In this document: piece by piece, positions 1-15,090 of the stretch | How positions within the stretch are numbered: position 1 is the stretch's first letter | How the letters are laid out: each line of letters starts with the position of its first letter | Assembly (NCBI RefSeq): GCF_009914755.1 | Contig: NC_060940.1 | DNA: 64,000 bases | DNA from: the human T2T-CHM13v2.0 reference genome, Homo sapiens | Strand: one strand, 5' to 3' | Made by a program: the position numbers and the translations under genes | The notes under the pieces: generated by a model | Told to the model about the DNA's origin: nothing | The model's database searches: none | Seen by the model: only the letters and a program-made list of their open reading frames with translations

Positions 1-110
1 CAGAGAAGGGGTCTCACCATGTTGGTCAGGCTGGTCAGGAGACCTCGTGATCCACCCGCCTCCACCTCCCAAAGTGCTGGGATTACAGACGTGAGCCACC
101 GCGCCTGGCC
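1..110 (-). mobile_element. Alu 5' part (cut by window edge)
   Basis: cctcccaaagtgctgggattacagacgtgagccaccgcgcctggcc = reverse complement of Alu left arm. Confidence 0.95.
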
Positions 111-940
111 TACTTCACCACTTTTTGACAATAGGACTATAAGGTTTTCTGTTTGTGCCTGTGAAAACAGTCTAGAGATTCAAATTGGTTCAAGAAAAGA
201 GTTGACTCAGTTTGTTTAAGAACTCACAACCTGTTGCTTGCTCCCATTTGTCAAGGTGGCTGTGTAGAGGAGAAGGGGAATGCAGTGTTTCCTGTTATCC
301 CCAAATGGATCATTAGGACGCAAAGTTGCCTGCAGAGATAAGCTATGCATGATAAGTTCCAAAATAGTGAGGTCCAGATACCTCCCCAGGGCTAAAAGAG
401 GACAAGGCAATTGTGCTATTTCTAGTGTCCACTAGTCTATATAAGCAGAAGATCAGAGAGGATTCAAGAAGAGAGAGAAGAATGAGTCATGGGTCAACGT
501 CCTTCTCCACAACATCATGAAAAAAGCCAAGCTCCAGGGCTCCTCTTGTAGATACTGGGAGGCCAGCAAAAAGAGGCCCTGATCTACTCACGCAGCATCT
601 TTGATGGTCGTTCTTCTGGGCTTATTTGTGCAGGTGGAGATAAAAAGGAATGGAGGAGAGAGAAAGCTTCATTCTCTGCTTTGCTCTCGCTTTTTGTGGC
701 TAGGTGAGGACCTGAGTTTCCTGAAGGCTAAAGGGATACCAAAGAGAAACTGGGTTTGAGCTTTGTGGCTGGTGTACCAGAGAGAACCAGCTGCAAGGTG
801 AACAATCTCAGTGTCAAGAGATGGAGTCACACTGCCAGCATTCTATCACCAGGAGAGTTTGGGAGAGGTTGAGCAGAAGTGGATTTCCTATCATGGAACC
901 ATGTAGGAGGATCTTGTACAAAGTAGTGCTTCAGTGGGGA

Positions 941-1345
941 TGTGTGGGCAGCCAGCTGGGTCTGTTCACCAGAACCATCTTCTCCCCTTTGATACACGGT
1001 TGGCTACATGCTTACACCCCCCTGCCACACAGGTGACTATGTGACTGAGCTCTAGACAATTGAATGTGAGCTGGAATGATGCATGCTGCTTCTGGGTGTG
1101 GTCTCTAAAAACCACTACTCATTCTCCTCCTGTCAGATTGGGACAAAGATGATGATGGTGGCTTTGGAAGTCACATCTTAAGCGTAGCAGAGCCTCTTTC
1201 ACTCTGATTTTCTGAATATTCACGTGGAAGAGATCTGTTATTCAATTTGCTCTCCCACCTGGGACTCCTACATGAGAAAGGAATGAATGTCCATTGTGTT
1301 GGGCTGTTATGCATTTGGTTCTATTTGCAACTGTAGCTTAGATAT
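941..1345 (+). mobile_element. MaLR LTR relic (MLT1J-like)
   Basis: gactatgtgactgagctctagacaattgaatgtgagctggaatgatg resembles MLT1J core. Confidence 0.6.
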
Positions 1346-3625
1346 CCTTGACGAACATAAGCAGCCTTCACCCATAGGACTCCCCCTAATCCACCCATGC
1401 CCCATGACGGTGCCAGCATTTGGACATCTTTCATACACAGGGCATTTGTTGCTATTGGAATTCACCTGATCACCAGAGGCATTAGCAGATGATTTCATTT
1501 GTTGCAAAGTGCAAAGGATGTTGTTGCCCTTTCTCTTGAACCCATCTTCTTAGACGCAATGGCAGAACAGATGAAACCAGAAAACCAAAGGGGAAAGAGG
1601 TCAGGAAAGAAAAGACCATGCATTCTCCCCAGTTAGTCCTTCTGGTTGCTGCCTGTGGGGGGAATGGAGGAGATGCGTCTTATACTGTACGTGAGATTAA
1701 AGTTTTACACAGAGTTGGACTTGAGAGGACAGGAATTCTCAGGCCTGAGAGTGACGGCCATTCTCTGTGTCTGGCCGAGGTGTCCTTACAGCTCAAAAAC
1801 CTCCACATGTGTGTCATTCATTTCATACGCTGGTGTCAGACCATTCCATAAGTCAGTTCTATCTAAGCCAGAGACAGTCTGGCAAAGACGACCTGCTAGA
1901 CTCCTTCAGGGTTTGGGGATCTAAGATTTTCATGTGAATGACTAGCAACAGAAGTAATCACCCAAATGCTGCCACGGATCCTCGTGTTTACCTGGAATGC
2001 CAGTTTAAGTTAAGATGCACTGACGTCACAGTTAAAGCCTTCCCGGTCCGGCACCGTGGTGTGTCATTTGCTGGTGGGGAGGGAAATCTGGAGGCCTACC
2101 AGGGATGGCACTTGAGGGAGGGGTGTGATGATTCAGTCTTGCTGCCTGGCGGGTCGCTTGTAGCACCGTTGGCACAGCCATCCCTACTGTAAATACTGGA
2201 GGCAGGGATGGGGTGACCTGCATCAATCAGTGAGAGAGGAAGGGATAATGTCCAACCAGGGAATAGCAGACAGTCACCCACTGCGTGTCAGGGTTTTTGG
2301 ATGGGAGCATTGCAGAGCTGTGCAGGGAGCGCTGTCTAGGATGATAGAGACCGGGTTCAGTTTACAGCTCTACTGCTTGCCAGGGAAGTAATTAAATCTC
2401 TTTGATCCTTATCTGGATCCATTTAAAGTGAGCTCTATCCCTTGAATGAGCTGATAAATTCCTTCCTGTGCTTGAGCCATTTTGAGTTGTTTTTGTGTCA
2501 TGTTTCCGAAAGAGACCTAACACGACCCTATAAAAGTTATACAGGGTAGCCCCACGCTGTTCAGCATGGAAGGCACACACCACATACTGGTTTGCAGCAT
2601 CAGAGCCCCAGACAGTGTTTGGGCATCTCAGAAGGGGTTCAGGGAGAACAGGTGGCTGTGACTGGACAGTGATCTTCCCTCTGTCCATTAACTCAGTCCG
2701 GACATCTCCTGATGTGTGGGAGTCCCAGGAGGGAATCCAGGTCTCCATCATGTGGCAGAATCCCTGCCTGGGTCTCAAAGGCAGCTTTGGAGTTCGACCT
2801 GAGTTCAGACCCGGCCCCTGAAAGTCCCTGGTGTGGCCTTGGGCAAGGCTCTTTATGTCTCCAATCTCAGTTGAAAAGGAATCACGTCCACTGAGTTCCT
2901 AGCACAAGTGAGAAGGAAACCCTTAATGTCGGCCTTTGCGATTTCAAACACATGCAGAGAAACCGAAGGAGAGGAAGGGAAATGATTAAAGGGATGGGAA
3001 ATAGCTGGAACAAAGCTTTCAAGAGAGTCCTGCTGGAAGTTTCCCACGTCCGTTTTGCACCCTGCGCTGGTCCACAGAATGGCCCGCCTCAAACACGGCT
3101 CTAATCATATCAGCCCCCCACTGCAGACACTCTGATGACTGCTGATGGCTTGATAAAAGCCCATGGCTGCAGCTGGCGTCAGCAACCCTTAAAGAGCCCT
3201 CCATCCTCCAGCAGGCCTCTGCGGTACGGTCTGGCTTGCCCAGCGTGCAGTCCAGCCACAGTGGGTCGTGACAAACCCTGAGGTCTGTGGGTGCACATTC
3301 ATGAATACTACCTGCCTTAGAAGGGAGTCTCTGAATCTAATATAATTTTGACTATGAAATCCACTCTGAATGCAGCGTAGAGAGGGTTCTAGATACCTAG
3401 AGGGGCCTCAGTAAAGTTTACCCCTTGTTTCATATATTTAGCTGATTGGTAAAATGATTAATGCGGTATAGTTTACCTTTAGTTGGCCACAAGCCGTACC
3501 ACTCCCTATTGCATCACTATATGCCTTACCTTCTACTGTGCCCTCATATGTGAATGTTTGAGAGAGTTCTTTTTAGTCTCCTCTTTAATAAGAAAAAAAT
3601 AGCCAACATTTCCACAAGGTCTCTT

Positions 3626-3993
3626 TCTTTCCAATTTTTTCGTGAATTTCTTTTAACTTTTAAGCTCAGAGGTACATATTGCAGGTTACAAAGGTAAACT
3701 TGTGTCATGAGGGTTTGTTGTACAGATGATTTCATCCCCCAGGTATTAAGCCTAGTGCCCATTATTTTTCGTGATCCTCCCCCTCCTTTCACCTTCCACC
3801 CTCCAGAAGGCCCCATTGTGTATTGTTCCTTTCTATGTGTCCATGTGCTCTCATCATTTAGCTCCAACTTCTAGGTGAGGATATGCAGTATTTGGTTTTC
3901 TGTTGCTGTGTTAGTTTGCTAAGGATAATGGCCTCCAGCTCCATCGATGTCCCTGCGAAGTCCATGATCACAACACTATTCACAGCAGCAAAG
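3626..3993 (-). mobile_element. L1PA 3' end, 5'-truncated, with short inverted 5' segment
   Basis: antisense L1 3'UTR (gttagtttgctaaggataatggcctccagctccat) then sense L1 piece cactattcacagcagcaaagac; flanked by ACAAGGTC(T/G)CTT. Confidence 0.85.
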
Positions 3994-4449
3994 ACAAGGT
4001 CGCTTGTTAACGCTAAAGTGGTACGAAGCTTTATTTTTTATCCTGGTTTAAACGTATATTTAATTTTACAAGTGGATACATTATCAATGTAAACATCTTA
4101 AACAATTCAGGAAAAGAGAAAGTTGCCATTGACTTTTCTTCACCCTTTGGGTCCCAGTCAAGTTCCAGTTTGCTCAGGAGTAAACCTTTTGTCGGTTTGA
4201 TGTATCTCCTTTGATACATTTTTCACATATGCATCTATTGTGTGTGTGGTGAGGGAGAGATGGATGATGTATACATACTTGAGTTTTTTTTTTTTTTTAG
4301 AAAATGGTATCTTATGTACACTTTTCTGAATGTTTCGTTTTTCATTAACAATATATGCTGTAGAGTTTTTAATGTCAGCATATAAGAATCTTCCCCAAGC
4401 TGTATGATAGTTTATAATATGGATGGATCATAATTGACTTGGCTTAAAA

Positions 4450-4640
4450 GATCAGAAACTGGAAGTCCAACAGCCACATTCAGATCATGTATGTGTTTTT
4501 TGTTTGGCTAGAACCGTGTTTTGCCTGGGAAAAACTGAAACGCAAATGGCTTTAGCTAGTGGGCAATCATTAGTTACCCCACAGGCCCTGCCACTCCCTA
4601 CTGTCTCTCCCACTATAGGTGGTTGAATATTCAAACCCTG
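4450..4640. mobile_element. hAT-Charlie DNA transposon relic (MER102-like)
   Basis: ccacaggccctgccactccctactgtctc motif and terminal aaccctg. Confidence 0.45.
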
Positions 4641-5439
4641 TACTTTAGTCATTATACTTTTTAAAAAATGTATTTCTGTCAGATCAATGCCACAATGGAC
4701 AGCTATGTGTATGCCTTTTTATGTTTGTATTTCCCTATGGTAGATGCGAGAAGTGGCTTCCACCTAATGGGGGGAATAAGAGGGGCTTGATGATGTAAAT
4801 GACACAAGGTTAGGAAACACTAAAAGTATGACTTGGGGGACATCAGAGTAGTCAGCTGAAAACTCTTTTGCCCATGGAGCTTAGTGAAGCAGAGAGGGTA
4901 GTTCTGCCCAAGGCTCATAGCTGTTGAATATCATATTTCCCTGACATATTCCTGTTGGTTTTCAGCAGAGAAATACACACATTCACGTGAGATAATGTAG
5001 CCCAGGGATCTTGTGTGCTTGTGCTTTACGGATGTGGCTGATCACCATGGAATCAGCTGCTTTCCCAGTCCTGAACGGGCGCCAGGAATGAGGGAGGGGA
5101 GGGAAGGTTCCAAACTCTGACATCCATCACACCATGAGTTTCCCCATGGCTGGGCCCCGGATTCATGGCTTGGCAAGCCTTCAGCCACAGCTCATGGACT
5201 TTCTTGGCTGAGGTCAGTCTGAAATCTGGTCTCCTGTTTAGAGGGCTAATGGTGCATGAAAGCTGCTCCATGGACAGCGAGCTCTGCCTGAGCTCCTCAT
5301 CTGATGCCTTGGGAGTGAGTGTGGGAGAGTTGGTGCCAAAGCCAGGTCAGTGGGAGCTGCAGGGGCTGGTCAGCTAACTCAGGAAGTCATTCGTTCTTAA
5401 GTCCTTTGTTGGATTCACATTTGTGAGCTGGTATTGGTC

Positions 5440-6168
<729 letters not shown>

Positions 6169-6384
6169 CAGATAGGACAATATGGCTGAGGTTGGCCAAG
6201 TCATCCAGGTATAAGAGAAGTTGTAAGATAGAAAGCTTCTTAAGAGTTATCACACAGAGAAAAAGATCTGATCTCTAGATAGGAGACCCTTTCTAGGCAT
6301 AGATGAACAATGTTGGGAGGTGTCTACACCAAATCCTTTGATATACAGTAGGCTTGTAGATAGGAGGCTGAACATCTACGTGAC

Positions 6385-6556
6385 TTTATGTTGGGTTTAA
6401 ATCTAATTTCTTATGCTTAATAACATCCCGACTTTGGAAAAGTTACCTAACTTGTACAAACCCCAATATTTTCATTTATGAAATGGGGTCATAAAAGTTA
6501 TTCAAGGGTTTAAATGAGATAAAATATATAAACAACTTGGCACCATTCCTGGCACA
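6385..6556 (+). mobile_element. MIR
   Basis: aagttacctaacttgtac...tttcatttatgaaatgggg...taaatgagataa core. Confidence 0.7.
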
Positions 6557-6886
6557 ACTCTATTTCACAATATTTTGAGGAATTTTGCAAACATGAAGCT
6601 GCTGCTGTTGCTGTCATTGTAGCTTTTACCTGGTGTTTCTCATAACACTGACTTGAAACTTTAAGGGAAGGAAAAAAACACATTAAAAATGTCTTCAGTG
6701 CCTTTGTTTTCTTTTTCAGTGTTTATTTAATCATTATCAGTACATGGACATTGCTCACAGCCCTCCCCACTTATTTTTTTCTTGACAAGATTGTTATAAT
6801 ATGTTGAAAATACTAATTATCCTATTCACCTTATTAACAGGGCTGGATAAACAAATCATGTTGCTGTGCTTGGTGGAAGAAAATGC

Positions 6887-6887
6887 G

Positions 6888-6918
<31 letters not shown>

Positions 6919-6919
6919 T
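6887..6919 (+). repeat. (TG)n microsatellite ~120 nt upstream of the exon
   Basis: direct reading. Confidence 0.95.
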
Positions 6920-7039
6920 TGCAACCTTTGTCCCCTCGGGTCATAACAAATTATTGATGCCAGTTCCTTTAAAAAGACAATTAATCCAATTACCTTCTTG
7001 TTGAATCAATACTAATGTCTTTTTTTGTTTAACTTGCAG

Positions 7040-7072
7040 GTTTCGGCAAGTCAGGCTACAGGCAAAGCTGAG
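7040..7072 (+). CDS. RBFOX1: 33-nt internal exon (phase 0 reading VSASQATGKAE; alternative open frame FRQVRLQAKL), tentatively a far-5' exon of long RBFOX1 isoforms
   Basis: Seen: branch-point TACTAAT 7010-7016, tract gtctttttttgtttaacttgCAG (AG 7038-7039), 33 nt, then AG|GTAGGA donor at 7073; repeat-free flanks. The gene name rests on my recollection that long RBFOX1 transcripts have a 33-nt phase-0 exon followed by a very long intron; not verified by search. Confidence 0.55.
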
Positions 7073-7371
7073 GTAGGAAACGTGGTTTTTCTGTCCCTTT
7101 AGAAGATAGTTTGAAGTGCGTTTCTTTTGTGATGGAGTGTAACGAGCATTCTAGCAATGATTCTTCCGTGTTTCATTTCCTGGTGGCTTGGATGGTGTGT
7201 TTTCAGTTGAGTGGTTTCTGTGCTGCTGGGTTTTGGGGTGCCCAGGTCACCGCACTGCTCTTCATGGAGTGTGCGTGGTAAAGATGGTGCAGGGTGACTT
7301 CAGCGTCTGTTTCTTGACAGATACATCATAATTCTAGCCCAGCTCAGACAAAGCCCTGGCTCTGCCAATGA

Positions 7372-7748
<377 letters not shown>

Positions 7749-9128
7749 TGTTTTTCTTTTTCTACTCAGTCTCCAAGGCATGAAAGGAATTGTGGTGGAT
7801 GCTGACAACATAGGTAAAGAATAAAAAACGAAGCTGTTCAGAAGTCACCAGCAAGGTGACCACCCATTGGAAATTGTCCATGTTGTAATGTAATGGGCTC
7901 CTGCAAAATATGCCCAGCACGACAGAGCCAGTCACTCTCACTGCTGAGCCACTGTGTGGTTAAAGCAAAGAACACTGACCCAGGTCCCAGGAGCCCAGGG
8001 CTCTGTGTGACGTCCAGTGTTGCATTATTGGAACCCTAAGCATGTGGAGGTATTTATATCCTACTGCTCAATGAGGTCATCACCAAAGTCTGATTTTTCA
8101 AGTTCAAGAAATTGCAACCTCAGGCATAAATGGGTTAACTGTGGGTTTTCGCTTTCCTCAGGTATACCATGGGGATGGTTATATCTCCCTTTGATCCATC
8201 ACACAGTCGTTAGTAGGGTAAAATAGAATAAAGCTTGTGGAGGCAGATTCTCGCAGGATTCTGCAAACACCTAAGGGGAGATCATTATCCACAAGTATCC
8301 ATTCCCGTTCAAATGTCGGCATCCTCGGATACAGTAACTTGGTGTGCAAAGGTTTTCCAGGAGCTGTGATGCATTCATAGTGTGAGTGATTTCAGATGCC
8401 TAGTGAGGCAGGGATTTGGGAAGCACAAGGATAGGGCAGAGATGAGCAGCCCCCACTGTCACCTATGTCCCCATGATCTTGTGACCAGTCACTCGAGTGA
8501 GTTACTAAACAACACAAATTTTGTTTCCTCATTTTTGGAATAGGAATAGCAATATGCATCCTATGAGGCTGTCGAGAGCATTAAAATGGCAACGGCAGTG
8601 TTTCCTCTGGTGGTTTGCTGTCACGGGAATACCAGTTTCTGTGTATTTAGCATCTCTGATGCACCATTTATTTATAATTGCACTGCACGCATCGTTATAT
8701 AAAATCCTTAAAAAAATTTTGTGATGTATAGGCTATGATGATCCCTATTTCACAGAAGAGTGAACTGGGACTTAGAAAGGCTGAGTGACTTTCCTAGTGC
8801 TGTTCAACTAATGAGGTATAGAGTTGGAATTCATAACCATGTCTGGCAGGGTACAAAGTGCCATGCCATGTAACCCACCCAGATTATGGCCTGGTAAACA
8901 GTGGGTGTTCAGTAAATATTAGTTCTGCCAGTCATGAAGGACTGATTGCGCTTTCTGGAGCATACCTGAATATGTCCTGTTTCTCTGTGGTCATCACCTG
9001 AGACAGCCGTGTGTTTCCTATGATCTTCCATCTTTCTTCGTTTCCCCAGACACATTCTTATATCTGCATCTTATTTGGCAGTTTAAAACAATCATCCAAC
9101 AAGAAAACGATCATGTTGCCCCTTTTAA

Positions 9129-9438
<310 letters not shown>

Positions 9439-9529
9439 TGTTCACAAGATATTTCTTATCCTCATTTTACCTGTTGAAAAAAGGAGGTCTGAGGAGTTGC
9501 AGTAGTTCCTACATAGGTGAAATAATGTT

Positions 9530-10130
9530 TAAAAATCCAACAATTCCACTTCTACTTGTATGCCCAAGAGAAACGGTGCTTATGTCCACCAAAACAACAC
9601 ATGCAAGAATTCCCATAAAGGATTTATTTACCATACCCAAACACTGGAAACAAACCAAATGTCTATTAACAGAGTAACAGATCAATCAATAGTGGTGTAT
9701 TCATGCAATGAAATACAATACAGCAATCAAAAAATATTATCTATAGGTGTATGACACAACCTGTATGACTCTTAGTAATATAATATTATAAGAAAAATAG
9801 CAGAACAAAAGAATGTACCCTCCATGATTTCATTTACATATGTACATATACACACCTACATTTATATTATTTATATATTCTATATATTATTTATATATAA
9901 AAAATAAACAGACAACATTCATCTCTGATGATAAAAGTAGCAATAGTGGTTAGCTCTGGGAGGCGTTGGCTGGGTAGGGGCAGAAAGGGACCTAATGGGA
10001 ATGTCCAACACTCTCATCTGGATGTATTTACGGAGGTAAGCATCATATATAAAACTGATAGAGCTCTACAATGAAAACGTGTGCATCTTACAGGTTGTAA
10101 TTTGTATGGCAAAAAAAAAAAAAAAAAAAA
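9530..10130 (+). mobile_element. Old L1 (L1M/L1ME) 3' fragment
   Basis: caattccacttcta...ctggaaacaaaccaaatgtcta...tcatgcaatgaaatac; ends in A-run. Confidence 0.8.
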
Positions 10131-11994
10131 TGAAGGCACTTGGCAAGAAAAAAGAGAGAAAACACAAAATGTATCAACCAGGATGATGGGGTGGGGGAAT
10201 GGTCAGATGGTCATGGTGGGGGTAAGTGAGATGAAGGGAATTAGGAAGTGTAGGAATGCTTAATGTACAGAAACACTTTTGATCAAAAATAGTCTTCCTT
10301 CCTTCATTCTTTTTTTATTCCAGTCTCCCATTTCCCAGATGGAACAGTTTTTTTTAGTCTTTTTTTTTTCCTTACCATTTTTCCTAAGGCTGAATTATCA
10401 TTGCTGCAGCCACATCATATTTTTTTTCATGACAGCAGGGAGGTAACCTTTTATTAATTGAATTTCTAATGGCAATTCATCAAAACAAGCGATCACCGTT
10501 ATTTAATGCGTGATCCATATTCATGGCATGTTCTGTTAGGTAAATAATAGTGGCTCTGGGAAAATGCTTCTCTAAGGTCCTTTTCCTTCTCAAATGACTT
10601 TCTTTCCCCCCCACCCCCAAGTAGAGACAAACAGTTGTAATTTAAGCAGAACAAACCCCACCTGTGGAGGAGATATTGGTTAAAAGGAGACAAAAAGAAT
10701 GACAAACCCACAGAATCAGTGAGAATGAGTGGCTTTGCCAGTTCCCTTTCTCTCTGGAGATTGACAGTGAATATGTGAATAACGTTTGCTAAATCTGGAC
10801 TTTGAAAACATGACAGCAAGCTGTTTGTGCCAATAAATTTTCATGGCATATGCCACCCCTCCCTGCACCACACACAGTTTTAATAAGATGGCACATGAGC
10901 TATTGAGAAACGTTAAAAACCCTGTAGAGGAAAGAGCTTTATCTTCTGACCAAATTCTGCCCAGCAATGTTTATGACAGCTGAAGAATTTATCTGAAATT
11001 CCCTCTGCTAGCCGCAAAGCACCTGGCCCTTTGTCCCCAAGCAGCCTTTAAGAACCAAACTAAGATGTCACATACATAATATAACAGATAAATGGCCCAA
11101 TTTCCATGTCCACATGATGAATGGAATGCAAGTTCAGCACACACATATTTGCACATTAATTGGCCCTGCATGGTTCCATTTTGTTCCTAAGTTGCTACTG
11201 TATGTCTCCTAGACTCCTTCCCCTTCAAAATCATTAAGCCTGTTTTATCGCAAAAACGCATACACATTTCCCCCCTATTTATCGTCACGCAGCTTGCCCT
11301 GCTGAGAGAGAACGAAGTTACCTGGGCGCAGCCATTGGATTGCAAATGCGTATGTCTGAGTCCTCTCCACCACCAGCTGTATATTAACACAAAGATCTGA
11401 GACCCAGCCCCACGTTGTCTATGCTGACAGCCAAACAAAGGAGGTTATAGAAGAGGATGTTTGAGGAAAAAAAAAATTCATTTCATTTCACTTACCAGTT
11501 GGTTTCTTGCCTCACCTTAATGATTTCCTGTTGATACTTTAATGGCAATGTAAACTCAGTGGAGGGCCTCAATTTTGATAAATTGGCCTGCTTTTATTTC
11601 ATGGCAAAGCAATCGAACTGAGATTGATTGATATTACAGCTCTGCTATCCCAAATAATTGCAATGGGAAACTACGCAGGTAGCAAACTCAGTGGCCTTGG
11701 GAGAATGTAGGTGGAATCTCCCTCCTACCATTATTTTTTCCTTCCAAAAGGAAACTTTATCCTAGGCCTAGGAATCATTTATTTCTCCTGTCTTCCAAGC
11801 CTCGTTCTCAGGAAAATAAATTGGGGGTTGCAGAGCCCATTAAAAATATTCTTACCTACTAAAAGACACCAGTGCGTTTGAGAAAGGGGCTGAGCTGCTT
11901 AGTCTGTGAACAGAAGATCAGTCCTAGCCATCCTGTGTCATTTGAGAACCTAGCACATTTAACAAGGGTCTGTTGAGCTGTTTCATCAAGAAGG

Positions 11995-12578
<584 letters not shown>

Positions 12579-12612
12579 TCACTTACATTTGTATTAAGTA
12601 AAACAATAATTA

Positions 12613-12926
12613 GGGTGTGGTGGCTCATGCCTGTAATCCCAGCACTTTGGGAGGCCAAGACAGGTGAATTATGAGGTCAAGAGATCCAGACCATTCTGGC
12701 CAACATGGTGAAGTACTATCTCTATTAAAAATACAAAAATTAGCTGGGTGTGGTGGCACGCACCTGTAGTCCTAGCTACTTGGGAGGCTGAGCAAGAGAA
12801 TAGCTTGAACCCAGGAGGCAGAGGTTGCAGTGAGCTACTATCATGCCACTGCATAGTCCAGCCTAGCAACAGAGCAAGACTCCATCTCAAAACAAAGAAA
12901 CAAACAACAACAACAACAACAACAAC
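12613..12926 (+). mobile_element. AluS with (CAA)n tail
   Basis: TSD AAAACAATAATTA at 12600-12612 and 12927-12939. Confidence 0.95.
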
Positions 12927-13299
12927 AAAACAATAATTAAATAACCTAATTAGGAATCATCGAGACCTGTTGTTTTGAAAGCTTGCTGTGCTACCTTTGC
13001 AACATGGCTGTATCCTGCCCTAACCAGACAGAAGTTCACTCCTATGACTTAATTCACATTGGAGTTAATGGCCCTCTTGTCTCCACCCAAGGACAAGATC
13101 CACTTGAAGATCAGCAGTACTTTCCAATGAGCACTCTTGGCCTTGTCTAATTTTGCCCAGTCATGCTTTGATAGTCATCTCCGTCCTTGAAGCCAGCACC
13201 AAAGAATATTTAAAGAACTCTAAACAATCATGTGGTCTTAATTCAAGAGTCCAGAATTCTCAGTTGGAGATATGGTTAGTGTTTTGTAATTTCTTGAAC

Positions 13300-14390
13300 G
13301 TTTAAGTGACAGTCTCTTATAGTCTAGGCACAATACTAGGCCTGGGAATACGTGTACAAAGTTGACACACTATCATACCCTCAAATAACTGATGGTTCAT
13401 TATAGCATTATAGAATAAATGCTGTAGTTTCACTTGTCTCATGAGGACTGATGTTGTCAATAGAGCAAAACTGTCCCCATAAGGCTTCCTACATATTTGG
13501 TAAGTTCTGGATCTCGGTTAAAACATAAATGAGTCTAGATAGGCTAGGGATATTTATAGAGGCTTCTCAGAGGAGGTAGTATGCAGACTGGAGCTTTGAA
13601 GGGTGGATTAGGTTAGGTTGTCATCAGGTAAAGAAAAGTCAAGGGCCTGAGAAAAGGAAGAGATGGGAAAAAAGCTGCCTGCTCAGAGAATAAGTGAAAA
13701 GTAAGTGTGGAAACAGTGAAGGAGAATGATGTAATCAGAAGGAACACAGAAGAACCAGGGCCCAGCATCCTCATGGAAATCAAAGAGTAAGATGGTTACA
13801 AGAGAGAGGTAGGGGTATTGGATAATTCAGAGGGTTTGAGGAAACAGGGTCAGGACCCATGGCACTGAGTTTGGCAGTTGTGCCATCATTAGTGTCCTTA
13901 ACAGCAGCCTTTCCAATGTGGATGTCTTAGGAGTAAACAGAAGGAGAAGACACATGGGCCACACTGGAGCCCAGCTGTTCAAAGCAGCCATTGGTTGATT
14001 CAAGGGATCAATGGTCCTCTGGCTTGAAGGAAAGACAGGAGTTGGGAAGGAATTTGGAAGATGGCAGAGGCTTGGGTATATTGTAGTCTTGGAGAACAGG
14101 CCTCAGAGGATACGATGGTGGGGCACAGTCGGGGATTTACACATTGAAAGGTGATCCGAGTGTTCTTGAGGCTGTTGTGTTTTGCTCATCATTGTCTAGC
14201 ACCAGAGAGCTATGGTACTGATTGGACTGAGCAGAGATATTTTTTTTTCTTCTAAGAACACTGAAGGAAAAAAAGATGGAGAGTAAATGTGGATACATTT
14301 TGAAGGAGAAGGAAGATAAATTGAAACAGGTTATGCCTGGCAACCTTCACTTCCCCAGTGAATAGCAGAGGGAAATATATGTGCTGAGAA
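13300..14390. mobile_element. L2 relics
   Basis: degenerate purine-rich L2-like text (ggcttctcagaggaggtag...gagctttgaagggtgg). Confidence 0.45.
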
Positions 14391-14400
14391 TAAGGAGAGC

Positions 14401-14695
14401 AGCTGGGCGAGGTGGTTTATGCCTGTAATCCAAGCACTTGGGGAGGCAGAGACAGGAAAATCACTTGAACCAGGAGTTTGAGACCAGCCAGGGCATTGTA
14501 GCAAGACCCTCTCTCTCCAAACAATTTAGAAAATTAGCCAGGCAATGTGGTGCACACCTGTAATCTTGGCTGCTCAGGAGGCTGAGACGGGAGGATCACT
14601 TGGGACCCAGGAGTTTGAGGCTGCAGTGAGCTATGATTGCACCACTGGACCCCTGTCTTGGTGACAGAGCAAGACCCCGTCCCCCATAAATAAAT
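14401..14695 (+). mobile_element. AluJ
   Basis: gaggctgcagtgagctatgattgcaccactg. Confidence 0.9.
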
Positions 14696-14869
14696 GCATG
14701 AATGAATGGATGGAGAATAGAGGCAGAACTAGAGGTTAGAGGGGAAAAATAAGCAGAGAGAAGAAATAGCTGATATGAGATGCTGGTGAGAGGCTGACTA
14801 ACCAGCAAGCTGACATCCAAAAGCACTTAGCGGGGAGATGAGTAAGAACCTTCCCATAGCAACAGCAGC

Positions 14870-15090
14870 AGCAGCGTTGATAATTGCAGCCATCATTTAC
14901 CACATGTGAACGGAGTCCCAAGCACTGCATTATCTTTACAGCAATCTTTGAAATAACTGTGAATGCCTCCATGTTACAGACAAAAAAACTGAGATGTGGA
15001 GAAGTGGTGTAGGTTGGCCAAACTTACTCAAAAATAGTGGGAGCCATATCTGAACCAGGTTTGTCTGATTGCAACACCTGGGCTGTCTCC
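14870..15090 (-). mobile_element. MIR
   Basis: ccatgttacagacaaaaaaactgagatg. Confidence 0.6.

Noticed and set aside
5261-5281. REST/RE1-like motif (ccatggacagcg); similar half-sites near 2330 and 29429
   Set aside because: Only the right half-site matches; the left half (TTCAGCACC) has several mismatches
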